Shown here: piece by piece, positions 52,448 to 63,725 of the stretch
Layout: each line of letters begins with the position of its first letter
How positions within the stretch are numbered: position 1 is the first letter of the stretch
Assembly: GCF_964355755.1 (NCBI RefSeq)
Contig: NC_092673.1
Span: 3,596,001-3,660,000 of the forward strand
From: Antedon mediterranea
Lineage: Eukaryota; Animalia; Echinodermata
DNA length: 64,000 bases
Direction of reading: 5' to 3'
Program-made: the position numbers and the translations under genes
Notes under the pieces: generated by a model
Seen by the model: the letters and a program-made list of their open reading frames with translations, nothing else
Database searches by the model: none
Told to the model about the DNA's origin: nothing

Positions 52448-52675
52448 AGAAGTCTCCTGTAAATTTAATTAGTATAGGCATATACTTCTGTCTGTACGGT
52501 ATGATTTAGACTGCATATTTTATGGATAAGTATTGTGGTTTGTTTTTTTTTGTCATCAGTTGTATCGTACTTTATTTTATTATGTAATGGGATTTAATGT
52601 TTCTTTTGTTTCAACTTGATTGTTCGTTCTATCTTCCGTTTTTCTTCTAGCTCATACAGTACTTTATAATTCTTA

Positions 52676-52854
52676 AGCCCTGTCTACAGTGCACTATCAA
52701 ACTAGTTTGACAATAAAAGTGATGTGGCCACATATGGTTGGTGTTGATATATTGTATGCTTAAATATTGTAGTGATATGACATCATCATGTCCATATATG
52801 GTATGGGCACATCATATTTTTTGACACATAAAGTTTGATAGTGTAGACAGAGCT
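52676..52854. mobile_element. MITE family A copy
   Basis: TTA-AGCCCTGTCTACA..CACTATCAAACTAGTTTGAC...AAAGTTTGATAGTGTAGACAGAGCT. Confidence 0.88.
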
Positions 52855-54480
52855 ATAACTAGTTCATACAATATACTGTTGTATATTGTAAAAAATCATC
52901 CTCCTTTCTTTAATTTTTTTAAACAGTCTAAGTTAGCGATTAAAACTATTCAATATTGACATCTAAAGACATTGTTTAAATGTCATTACATATCATTTTA
53001 TTTTAATGCTAAACAATGTAGAAATATTACAAACTGTCCTGAGGCTTTTAAAGTGCAAGCACAAAGCAGTATTTTGTAAAATTCACGAATAATACATCAC
53101 ATTGATTCAAAATACTGTGAGCCTATGTGTTGAATTAACACAGACTGTATGTGTGACATCAACATGAGAAAGTGCACTTTGTTGGAGGTCAAAGGTCTAC
53201 ATTGTATTTACCAAATATGTTGATGTTCATTTTGTTATTAACTGAACACTGAACTACTGTAGACTTCAGGTGGATTTGTGAATTATTTTATACATGTTTG
53301 GCGATGATACTGATACTTAAAAACCCATCCAAAACCAGAAGACTTTTTATTGTTTATAAATACATTTTAAAATTGGTCTTAACAACAAAGACATTCTTAG
53401 TAGGATTTAAAATAGCCACTAAGTCTGTAATCTGCTCAGTACAGTGTATTTAATGAGCATTGTTTGGCAGTGTAAACAGGGGCTTATTCAATTTTTGTGC
53501 TATGGCAATATTTACTTATTACAATAAAAAAACTTGATATTGTTTTTGTGCCTCCTTTTTAATACTGGCAGCTGTTCCTTATTACCTTACTGAAATTGTC
53601 GTGTGAATTTCTTTTTTTCCCCTTTCAATCTTTATTAATATAACAGGGATTAGTATTACTGAAGGAATTAAAGGGTGGGCCTATGGGAAATTTATAAAAA
53701 GGAGGTCGTCATGATGTAAACAAAATAAATATTGTTTTTTTGTTGTTGAGTACAGTACATGGAACTGTAAAATTGTTACAGTAATTTGATTTTAATACTG
53801 CGCCGATTTACTTGATTATAAAGCTAATACTGTTCCTCTAAAGTACAATTTAATATTACTTTTATTTACAGTATATTAATTTAATATCATTCAAATTCTG
53901 GCCTTGGAAATACTACACTGACTTTAAGGAACTAGTATATTTATGTTAATTAATGTTCATTATTTAAAATATATGAGTTGTTCTCTCATGCATTTTATTT
54001 ATAATTATGCATAAAAAATTACTCAATGTGATGTCTTTGTGATGTGATCTAGATGTACAGTATTTCTTTATATTGTTGTAATACTGTAATAGTAGTAGTA
54101 TTTGTATTAGTATAGTTATATCGTAAATATTTTTAAAGCATGCTGTATTAACTTGTAACATGGGTTTATATTTAGACACCTAACAGCACATACTGTAATA
54201 CTAAATACTGTAGGCCTATAAACACTACCAACAATAAAAAAAAAAATGTATCTCAAAGGCATACTTGCACAGCATACAATTGGGCTTTACGATTGATTGT
54301 AAGGTATAATACTGTGCCTCAATCAACTAGATACTAATGTACAGGACTACCAGTAGATCTTCACCAGGCCTACAACATTACATACCTTTATCACAAGACC
54401 AACAAGCCAATGGCAGATCTTGTGTAAAGACACTGCAACAATCGTTCTCAATAAGCTGGATCCTATTCACCGTGCCATCC

Positions 54481-54678
54481 CAGGCCTTGTCTTTTAAGGC
54501 GAGCGGGTGCGATCACTTACCCAACACACTCCTAAACAGCCATTGAGTAGGGCGATTTACAACACGCTTAAATTTGGTAAACTTCTATACACCAAAATAC
54601 AAACAGCACACCTACAGCATACCTGAATGTATTAAGGCAATTTGTAGCACACCTATAATTTTCAAAAGACAAGGCCTG
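54481..54678 (-). mobile_element. MITE family C (CAGG termini, hAT-like), copy 1
   Basis: Perfect 15-bp TIR CAGGCCTTGTCTTTT / AAAAGACAAGGCCTG. The body is the reverse complement of 56732-56922. Confidence 0.85.
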
Positions 54679-54761
54679 TCATCCATCTCTCTGTGCAGTA
54701 GTACTGCTAGTGTTGTGATACAGAAATAGTAATAAACATTCTTTTTAATTCAATGTTTCAG

Positions 54762-54901
54762 TTGTACATCATCGATTTTGGGTTGGCAAAGAAGTACCGA
54801 GATAGCAGGACAAGACAACATATTACATACAGAGAAGACAAAAATCTTACAGGTACAGCAAGATATGCAAGTATCAATGCACATCTGGGCATTGAGCAAA
54901 G
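54762..54901 (+). CDS. CSNK1A1: CK1alpha exon 5 (DFG and activation segment)
   Basis: TTTCAG|, encodes [46 protein letters not shown](S), |GTAGGT; 140 nt. Confidence 0.97.
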
Positions 54902-54933
54902 GTAGGTTATCACCATGGATGATGCAGGCCTTA

Positions 54934-55112
54934 AGCTCTGTCTACACTATCAAACTTCATGTGACAACAAAATGTGATATGCCCATATATAGTAATGATG
55001 ATGCCATACCACTACCATTTGGACATATCACTACCATATTTGAGCACATCACTACCATATTTGAGCACATCACAATTTTTGTCACATAAAGTTTGATAGT
55101 GTAGACAGGGTT
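54934..55112. mobile_element. MITE family A copy with expanded internal repeat
   Basis: TTA-AGCTCTGTCTACACTATCAAACTT...3x CACTACCAT(A)TTTG...AAGTTTGATAGTGTAGACAGGGTT. Confidence 0.9.
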
Positions 55113-55837
55113 AACATACCTATTTAATTAAGCATCTTAACACAAAATCTCGCCACCTACTTTTCATCTCATAACTTGCTGATTGTCCTGATACCAGAAT
55201 TTGGTCTTAACAAAATCATACGATACATTACACTCAAAGACTTGCTAAAAACTTTGTTTATGTACAGCACATGTCTGGGAATGTTTGTCCTATCCACAAT
55301 GGATTAGGACCTTGTCTTATGACCCTATGAAAAACAATAATTTCCACCTATTAAATAACTGACCATCTACTATACCAAACAGGGCTAAAATTATCTATCG
55401 TGGGATGATTTGGTTTTAAAGCATTTTATAATATTTATGTATAATTTTAAAATAAAATTTAATATATTTAATCTGTAAAATACATTTCATATTTCCATGT
55501 TACTTCCAAACCAGAAAAATAGTTTCATATTTGTAATTCAAAAATGAATGACATCAATGTTTATGATTTATAAAAATGAGATTTCATATCCGGTTATATT
55601 AAAATTGTAGATTATTTTAAATCAAGGTTTTCTTATAAGCTTTATGCCTTTGGGACTCGAAACGGAAGTTACATCCACAGTATAGGCCATTAAACCCTGT
55701 GTGTAATTTATAATGAATTAATATAATATGTAGAATTATTGGTTATGGATTACATCAAAGTGTCAAGGTGCATTGTTGAATGAAAGCAATTTAGTACATA
55801 CGTCACATTACTGTACTGATACACTAATTCACCCATT

Positions 55838-55992
55838 ATCCTTGTCTACACTATCAAACTAGTTTTTTTTAAACAAAGTGTAATGTGCCCAAATATGGTA
55901 GTGATATGCCCAAATATGATGTCATCATATGCCCTTATATGGGCATATCACGTTTTTGTTGTCACATAAAATTTGATAGTGTAGACAGAGCT
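55838..55992. mobile_element. MITE family A copy
   Basis: TGTCTACACTATCAAACTAG...TTTGATAGTGTAGACAGAGCT-TTA. Confidence 0.88.
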
Positions 55993-56197
55993 TTAGTGTT
56001 GTCATTATTTTATAGCGATAGTATTATTATATCTGAGCCTGAAATCTAGACTGGATTTATAATTAAAATCCAAATTTCCTGTTTATTATATAGTTGTCAT
56101 TATTGGTAATAATTTACTATTGAATTCATTGATTTTCCTGAAAGACTACTTGGTCTACTACTACTCCTCATCTACTGTTATTATCTCCCACTCCAAA

Positions 56198-56382
56198 TGC
56201 GCATTTACACAGATGAGCGGTAACGGTAAGCAGAAAACATACATTAAAATCTATGTTTGAACATTTACACCAACGCAGAGCGGACAGGTAAACTCTGTCA
56301 AGATAGATATAGATTCTACGTGGGACATTAAGCACACAGTTTTCCGCTTACTGTTACCGCTTGTCTGTGTACATTGGCTTTA
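56198..56382. mobile_element. MITE family B, copy 2
   Basis: CATTTACACAGATGAGCGGTAACGGTAAGCAGAAAAC...GTTTTCCGCTTACTGTTACCGCTTGTCTGTGTACATTG form long TIRs. Confidence 0.78.
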
Positions 56383-56490
56383 AGGAGTCATCTCTTCACC
56401 CACTATTTACTATTTCCCACCTACCTTTTGTAGATAAATATCTCTTGTATGTCAAGCATCTATTCTTTAATATTTTATTATTTCTTATAG

Positions 56491-56644
56491 TCGTCGAGAT
56501 GACATGGAATCGTTGGGCTATGTGCTGATGTATTTCAACCGTACTAGCCTACCGTGGCAAGGGTTGAAAGCAGCTACCAAAAAACAAAAATATGAGAAGA
56601 TCAGTGAAAAAAAGATGTCTACACCAGTAGAGGTTCTCTGCAAG
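56491..56644 (+). CDS. CSNK1A1: CK1alpha exon 6
   Basis: TTATAG|T, encodes [51 protein letters not shown], |GTAGTG; 154 nt. Confidence 0.97.
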
Positions 56645-56731
56645 GTAGTGTATCTTTTTGCTTTATAATTAGCATTCCGGCATCTGACACTTCTCCCGCT
56701 ATGTTGAAATCTCTTACAGCATAGTATATAT

Positions 56732-56922
56732 CAGGCCTTGTCTTTTGAAAATTATAAGTGCGCTACAAATTGCACTCCTCAATGCATTCAGGGGTGCTGT
56801 TTGTATTTTGGTGTGTAGAAGTTTACCAAATTTAAGCGTGTTGTAAATCGCACTCATCACGGGCAGTTTAGGAGTGTGTTAGGTAAGTGATCGCACTCAC
56901 TCGCCTTAAAAGTCAAGGCCTG
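56732..56922 (+). mobile_element. MITE family C, copy 2 (inverted relative to copy 1)
   Basis: CAGGCCTTGTCTTTT...AAAAGTCAAGGCCTG. Flanks GTATATAT / ATGTATAT match at 6/8 and may be a decayed 8-bp TSD. Confidence 0.85.
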
Positions 56923-57029
56923 ATGTATATTGCAGCGTGTCATCACATCATAGAACAAAATTATGTCATGGTAAAAAATTCTCACCCCTCCAACTTTTTT
57001 GATGTACTTCAAATATACCATAATTTAAT

Positions 57030-57148
57030 AACACAAAACATGGAGTGGACAGGCGGTTTTCGCTCCATAAATAGATTCAGATTGTACGTGGTACAAGCTA
57101 TGTGGTTTTCTGCTTACTGTTACCACTCGTCTGTGTAAATTGCCCTTA
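57030..57148. mobile_element. MITE family B, partial copy 3
   Basis: GAGTGGACAGG..AGATTGTACGTGG..GTTTTCTGCTTACTGTTACCACTCGTCTGTGTAAATTGCCCTTA. Confidence 0.72.
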
Positions 57149-57222
57149 AAGCATTATATTTTCATTTTTTATGTAACTAAATACATAATATTCTTATGGT
57201 GTTTTTTGTGTCTCCATTCCAG

Positions 57223-57483
57223 GGTTATCCAGCTGAGTTTGCCATGTATTTGAACTACTGCCGAGGTCTTCGTTTTGAGGAAGCGCCAGATTATATGTAT
57301 TTGCGTCAACTTTTCCGAATTCTCTTCCGCACCCTTAACCACCAGTATGATTTCACCTTTGATTGGACGCTACTTAAACAGAAAGCCGCTCAACAAGTTA
57401 ACACAAGTCAAGGATCAAGCGCAGTGGCAGGTGGAGCCCTGCAGGCTAAACTGTCCGAAAGCAAGGGTAAAAGCAAACGCTGA
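57223..57483 (+). CDS. CSNK1A1: CK1alpha exon 7 (C-lobe and short tail, read-through stop)
   Basis: TTCCAG|, encodes [58 protein letters not shown]...KSKR*. The alpha-specific motifs and short tail support CK1alpha. The 3' end may be alternatively spliced. Confidence 0.93.
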   Translation, partial: GYPAEFAMYLNYCRGLRFEEAPDYMYLRQLFRILFRTLNHQYDFTFDWTLLKQKAAQQVNTSQGSSAVAGGALQAKLSESKGKSKR

Positions 57484-58769
57484 GCTTCTCACTGTAATCT
57501 AACGGCGTGTTTTTGATGTACCATCTCTACATGGCAATGCGTTTGACATGTTACGAGAGACTTTTTTTAGTGTTGCTGATGCGTTCACGTAGTAAAGCGA
57601 AAAAGCTACGGCAAGCTAACTACTAACGTTGATATTGTAGAATATTCTCATAACGTGTAAATAGAAAGCTTACAGGAAAAACAGAAAGAACCAACCCTGA
57701 TGGATTTTAATACATAGTCAAACATGGACTGTATAAATACACTGAAGAAATTCTTATTGGATATTGTAGCCGATATAGTGTGAACATTAAACCAGCTTCT
57801 CAAATGTATCCTCGTGTTATCAGATTTACTCTGAGCATGTCATTTTGTAGTTTTTTTTTCATAGAGTATTGTTTTTAGCATTATTTTAATTCTGTAAATG
57901 GATTGGTTTAGGTGCAGGAGACGTCTTTTAGAATTAATTGCTTACCAATTTGTAGGTTTCATACTCATTTAAGTATGTTTGTTTTTGTACCGATGACATA
58001 ATTATTTATGTTCATGAAAATTTAAAAAAAACGCATTTAGTTAAAATATTTGAAGGTCTCTGAAAGCAATGCTATGGATTTCTTTTATTTTAAAAATACA
58101 GTACACTTCAGTGAAAAAAAAATGTTGTTTTTATAAGTATAAGTTTTACTTTAGTGTGATCTTGAGATTATATAAAGTATTGTAGTACCCCCATTTTTAA
58201 AAATAATCTCTCTATTCTCCCTCCCTTATGAATATTTATTATTATATTAACAACTAACCTATGTGATTTCGCAAGAATACACACACAATGTGAAACTGCA
58301 CAAATGTGTGTATATTTGTTGACTCACCTGACCATACCTGTGTAATTATAAATGATGAGAGAGATGTAATAATGTAAATAAAGATTGGAAAATCGTGTTG
58401 TTATGGTTATGAAATAAAATAGTTGTTTGCTAATTTTTAAACTTTTCCCTGTTCATCTTTAACATCTGTCCCTTTGACCTACTTTGTAATTCTCATGTGC
58501 ACAAATAAATATTCCTAAATAATTCTTTAATATTATAACTGTGACAGTTTGTTATTTTATAAAGACGTACAACAATGTATCAATGCGTCTTTTTATTGAG
58601 CAGATTGATTGGTTTTATTCTACTACTGATGGGTGATGTCAACAAGATTTCAATATCTTGGTTCATAATTGATATTTACTGTAGCAAGTCATTAAATTAA
58701 TACTGTGCCACTTTGAATCGGTTTGTCAGTGTTTTTATGGATATATTTATTGATTGATTTTTTTATTTA

Positions 58770-58923
58770 TTCTGGGTAACCTCTTCAGTCAAAGACTGGT
58801 CTTCCAAACCGCCCAGTGTGTGTATTAGTACACCGGGCCCCTACTTGTCTCCAGAGACGTACTAGTATCTTTAAAGTCCACATGAGCTAGATGTGTACAC
58901 TGGACCTACAGTTTATAGTCCTT
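58770..58923 (-). mobile_element. 5'-truncated copy of the Deu/Nin SINE
   Basis: CTGGGTAACCTCTTCAGTCAAAGACTG...GTGTACACTGGACCTACAGTTTATAGTCCTT aligns with 1417-1589. Confidence 0.88.
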
Positions 58924-58932
58924 TTGTAGTCC

Positions 58933-58999
58933 TGTGCATGTTACCTCAATAATGTGCATAATCACATAATGTGGTATGTGCATGTTACCTCAATATAAT
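58933..58999. repeat. About 1.5 copies of the 46-bp minisatellite
   Basis: Same unit as 62388-63725. Confidence 0.9.
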
Positions 59000-59021
59000 C
59001 CATGGATTTTTTTTTTAAATG

Positions 59022-62000
59022 GCCATTATTCGACTCTGCGCATGTTTATTATGCTATAGTAACCATTTATGTCAAAAAATAAAAGGGTCGAAAATCGGCC
59101 ATTTTTCGGAAATTTTCCTGTACTATAGTACAGGGTTTTTTTCAGAAAAATGGCAAATTTTCGACCTTTTTATTTTTCGATAAAACTGGTTACTATAGCA
59201 CAATTGACATGCGCAGAACCCATTATTCGTCTCTGCGCATGTTTATTATGCAATAGTAACCATTTATGTCAACAAATAAAAGGGTTGAAAATCGGCCATT
59301 TTTCGGAAATTTTCCTGTACTATAGTACAGGAATTTTTTCTAAAAAATTGCCAATTTTCGACCTTTTTATTTTTCGATAAAACTGGTTACTATAGTACAA
59401 TTAACATGCGCAGAACCCATTATTCGGCTCTGCGCAGGTTTATTATGCTATAGTAACCATTTATGTCAAAAGTGGTTACTATAGCACAATTGACATGCAC
59501 AGAACCCATTATTCGTCTCTGCGCATGTTTATTATGCAATAGTAACCATTTATGTCAAAAAATAAAAGGGTCGAAAATCGGCAATTTTTCGGAAATTTTC
59601 CTGTACTATAGTAGGCCTACAGGGATTTTTTCAAAAAAATTGCCAATTTTCGACCTTTTTATTTTACGATAAAACTGGTTACTGTAGCACAATTAATATG
59701 CGCAGAACCCATTATTCGGCTCTGCGCATGTTTATTATGCTATAGTAACCATTTATGTCAAAAGTGGTTACTATAGCATAATTGACATGCGCACAACCCT
59801 ATATTCGTCTCTGCGCAGGTTTATTATGCAATAGTAACCATTTATGTCAAAAAATAAAAGGGTCGAAAATCGGCCATTTTCCGGAAATTTTCCTGTACTA
59901 TAGTACAGGGATTTTTTCACAAAAATGGCAAATTTTCAACCTTTTTATTTTTCGATAAAACTGGTTACTATAGCACAATTGACATGCGCACAACCCATTA
60001 TTCGTCTCTGCGCATGTTTATTATGCTATAGTAACCATTTATGTCAAAAGTGGTTACTATAGCATAATTGACATGCGCACAACCCATTATTCGTCTCTGC
60101 GCATGTTTATTATGCAATAGTAACCATTTATGTCAAAAAATAAAAGGGTCGAAAATCGGCCATTTTTCGGAAATTTTCCTGTACTATAGTACAGGGATTT
60201 TTTTCAGAAAAATGGCAAATTTTCGACATTTTTATTCGATAAAACTGGTTACTATAGTACAATTAACATGCGCAGAACTCATTATTCGGCTCTGCGCATG
60301 CTTATTATGCTATAGTAACCATTTATGTCAAAAGTGGTTACTATAGCACAATTGATATGCGCACAACCCATTATTCGTCTCTGTGCATGTTTATTATGCA
60401 ATAGTAACCATTTATGTCAAAAAATAAAAGGGTCGAAAATCGGCCATTTTTCGGAGATTTTCCTGTACTATAGTAAAGGGATTTTTTCAGAAAAATGGCC
60501 AATTTTCGACCTTTTTATTTTTCGATAAAACTGGTTACTATAGCACAATTGACATGCGCACAACCCATTATTCGTCTCTGCGCATGTTTATTATGCAATA
60601 GTAACCATTTATGTCAAAAAATAAAAGGGTCGAAAATCGGTCATTTTTCGGAAATTTTCCTGTACTATAGTACAGGGATTTTTTCAGAAAAATGGCCAAT
60701 TTTCGACCTTTTTATTTTTCGATAAAACTGGTTACTATAGCACAATTGACATGCGCAGAACCCATTATTCGTCTCTGCGCATGTTTATTATGCAATAGTA
60801 ACCATTTATGTCAACAAATAAAAGGGTTGAAAATCGGCCATTTTTTGGAAATTTTCCTGTACTATAGTACAGGAATTTTTTCAAAAAAATTGCCAATTTT
60901 CGACCTTTTTATTTTTCGATATAACTGGTTACTATAGTACAATTAACATGCGCAGAACCCATTATTTGGCTCTGCGCATGTTTATTATGCTATAGTAACC
61001 ATTTATGTCAAAAGTGGTTACTATAGCACAATTGACATGCGCAGAACCCATTATTCGTCTCTGCGCATGTTTATTATGCAATAGTAACCATTTATGTCAA
61101 AAAATAAAAGGGTCGAAAATCGGCCATTTTTCGGAAATTTTCCTGTACTATAGTACAGGGATTTTTTCAAAAAAATTGCCAATTTTCGACCTTTTTATTT
61201 TACGATAAAACTGGTTACTGTAGCACAATTAATATGCGCAGAACCCATTATTCGGCTCTGCGCATGTTTATTATGCTATAGTAACCATTTATGTCAAAAG
61301 TGGTTACTATAGCATAATTGACATGCGCACAACCCTATATTCGTCTCTGCGCATGTTTATTATGCAATAGTAACCATTTATGTCAAAAAATAAAAGGGTC
61401 GAAAATCGGCCATTTTCCGGAAATTTTCCTGTACTATAGTACAGGGATTTTTTCAGAAAAATGGCAAATTTTCGACCTTTTTATTTTTCGATAAAACTGG
61501 TTACTATAGCACAATTGACATGCGCAGAACCCATTATTCGTCTCTGCGCATGTTTATTATGCAATAGTAACCATTTATGTCAACAAATAAAAGGGTCGAA
61601 AATCGGCCATTTTTCGGAAATTTTCCTGTACTATAGTACAGGGATTTTTTCAAAAAAATTGCCAATTTCCAACCTTTTTATTCGATAAAACTGGTTACTA
61701 TAGTACAATTAACATGCGCAGAACCCATTATTCGGCTCTGCGCATGCTTATTATGCTATAGTAACCATTTATGTCAAAAGTGGTTACTATAGCACAATTG
61801 ATATGCGCACAACCCATTATTCGTCTCTGCGCATGTTTATTATGCAATAGTAACCATTTAAGTCAAAAAATAAAAGGGTCGAAAATCGGCCATTTTTCGG
61901 AGATTTTCCTGTACTATAGTACAGGGATTTTTTCAGAAAAATGGCCAATTTTCGACCTTTTTATTTTTCGATAAAACTGGTTACTATAGCACAATTGACA

Positions 62001-62190
62001 TGCGCACAACCCATTATTCGTCTCTGCGCATGTTTATTATGCAATAGTAACCATTTATGTCAAAAAATAAAAGGGTCGAAAATCGGCCATTTTTCGCAAA
62101 TTTTCCTATACTATAGTACAGGAATTTTTTCACAAAAAAATTGCCAATTTTCGACCTTTTTATTTTTAGATAAAACTGGTTACTATAGCC
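59022..62190. repeat. Satellite of two self-complementary modules, A (about 88 bp) and B (about 110 bp), in AB (about 197 bp) and AAB (about 285 bp) units
   Basis: A = GGTTACTATAGCA..ACATGCGCAGA..TCTGCGCATGT..TGCWATAGTAACC. B = ATAAAAGGGTCGAAAATCGGCCATTTTT..CCTGTACTATAGTACAGG..AAAAATGGCCAATTTTCGACCTTTTTAT. Counted by eye: 13 B and about 19.5 A. Confidence 0.95.
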
Positions 62191-62387
62191 ATTTTTTTTT
62201 TTTTAATCTAAAAAATTTCGACTTTTTAACATTTAATTATTACGCAATAATATGGCTATATATTGCTTTGTATCGTCTTATAGTAACCAGTTTTGTCGAA
62301 AAATAAAAAGGTCCTATCGTATAAAAAATACGTACTTTTTAAAATACTATTATTATTGCTAGATATTATATTGCGTTACAATTATCG

Positions 62388-63725
62388 TACCTCAAAATAA
62401 TGTGCATAATCACATAATGTGGTATGTGCATGTTACCTCAATATAATGTGCATAATCACATAATGTGGTATGTGCATGTTACCTCAATATAATGTGCATA
62501 ATCACATAATGTGGTGTGTGCATGTTACCTCAATATAATGTGCATAATCACATAATGTGGTGTGTGCATGTTACCTCAATATAATGTGCATAATCACATA
62601 ATGTGGTGTGTGCATGTTACCTCAATATAATGTACATAATCACATAATGTGGTGTGTGCATGTTACCTCAATATAATGTGCATAATCACATAATGTGGTG
62701 TGTGCATGTTACCTCAATATAATGTGCATAATCACATAATGTGGTGTGTGCATGTTATTTCAATATAATGTGCATAATCACATAATGTGGTATGTGCATG
62801 TTACCTCAATATAATGTGCATAATCACATAATGTGGCATGTGCATGTTACCTCAATACATGTGCATAATCACATAATGTGGTGTGTGCATGTTACCTCAA
62901 TACATGTGCATAATCACATAATGTGGTATGTGCATGTTACCTCAATACATGTGCATAATCACATAATGTGGTGTGTGCATGTTACCTCAATACATGTGCA
63001 TAATCACATAATGTGGTGTGTGCATGTCACCTCAATATAATGTGCATAATCACATAATGTGGTGTGTGCATGTTACCTCAATACATGTGCACAATCAGAT
63101 AATGTGGTATGTGCATGTTACCTCAATATAATGTGCATAATCACATAATGTGGTATGTGCATGTTACCTCAATATAATGTGCATAATCACATAATGTGGT
63201 ATGTGCATGTTACCTCAATATAATGTGCATAATCACATAATGTGGCATGTGCATGTTACCTCAATATAATGTGCATAATCACATAATGTGGTATGTGCAT
63301 GTTACCTCAATATAATGTGCATAATCACATAATGTGGTATGTGCATGTTACCTCAATATAATGTGCATAATCACATAATGTGGCATGTGCATGTTACCTC
63401 AATATAATGTGCATAATCACATAATGTGGTGTGTGCATGTTACCTCAATACATGTGCATAATCACATAATGTGGTGTGTGCATGTTACCTCAATATAATG
63501 TGCATAATCACATAATGTGGTGTGTGCATGGTACCTCAATATAATGTGCATAATCACATAATGTGGTATGTGCATGTTACCTCAATATAGTGTGCATAAT
63601 CATATAATGTGGTATGTGCATATTACCTCAATATAATGTGCATAATCACATAATGTGGTGTGTGCATGTTACCTCAATATAATGTGCACAAACATGTGCA
63701 TAATCACATAATTTGCGCATGTTAT
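62388..63725. repeat. 46/45-bp minisatellite (AATGTGCATAATCACATAATGTGGTRTGTGCATGTTACCTCAATAT), about 29 copies
   Basis: Period 46 (62401 to 62447); a 45-bp CAATACATG variant also occurs. Confidence 0.96.

Noticed and set aside
59022-63725. CRISPR-like appearance and repeated ORFs (CACLLCNSNHLC...)
   Set aside because: There are no unique spacers and no cas genes, and the context is eukaryotic. The ORFs are satellite translations in shifting frames.
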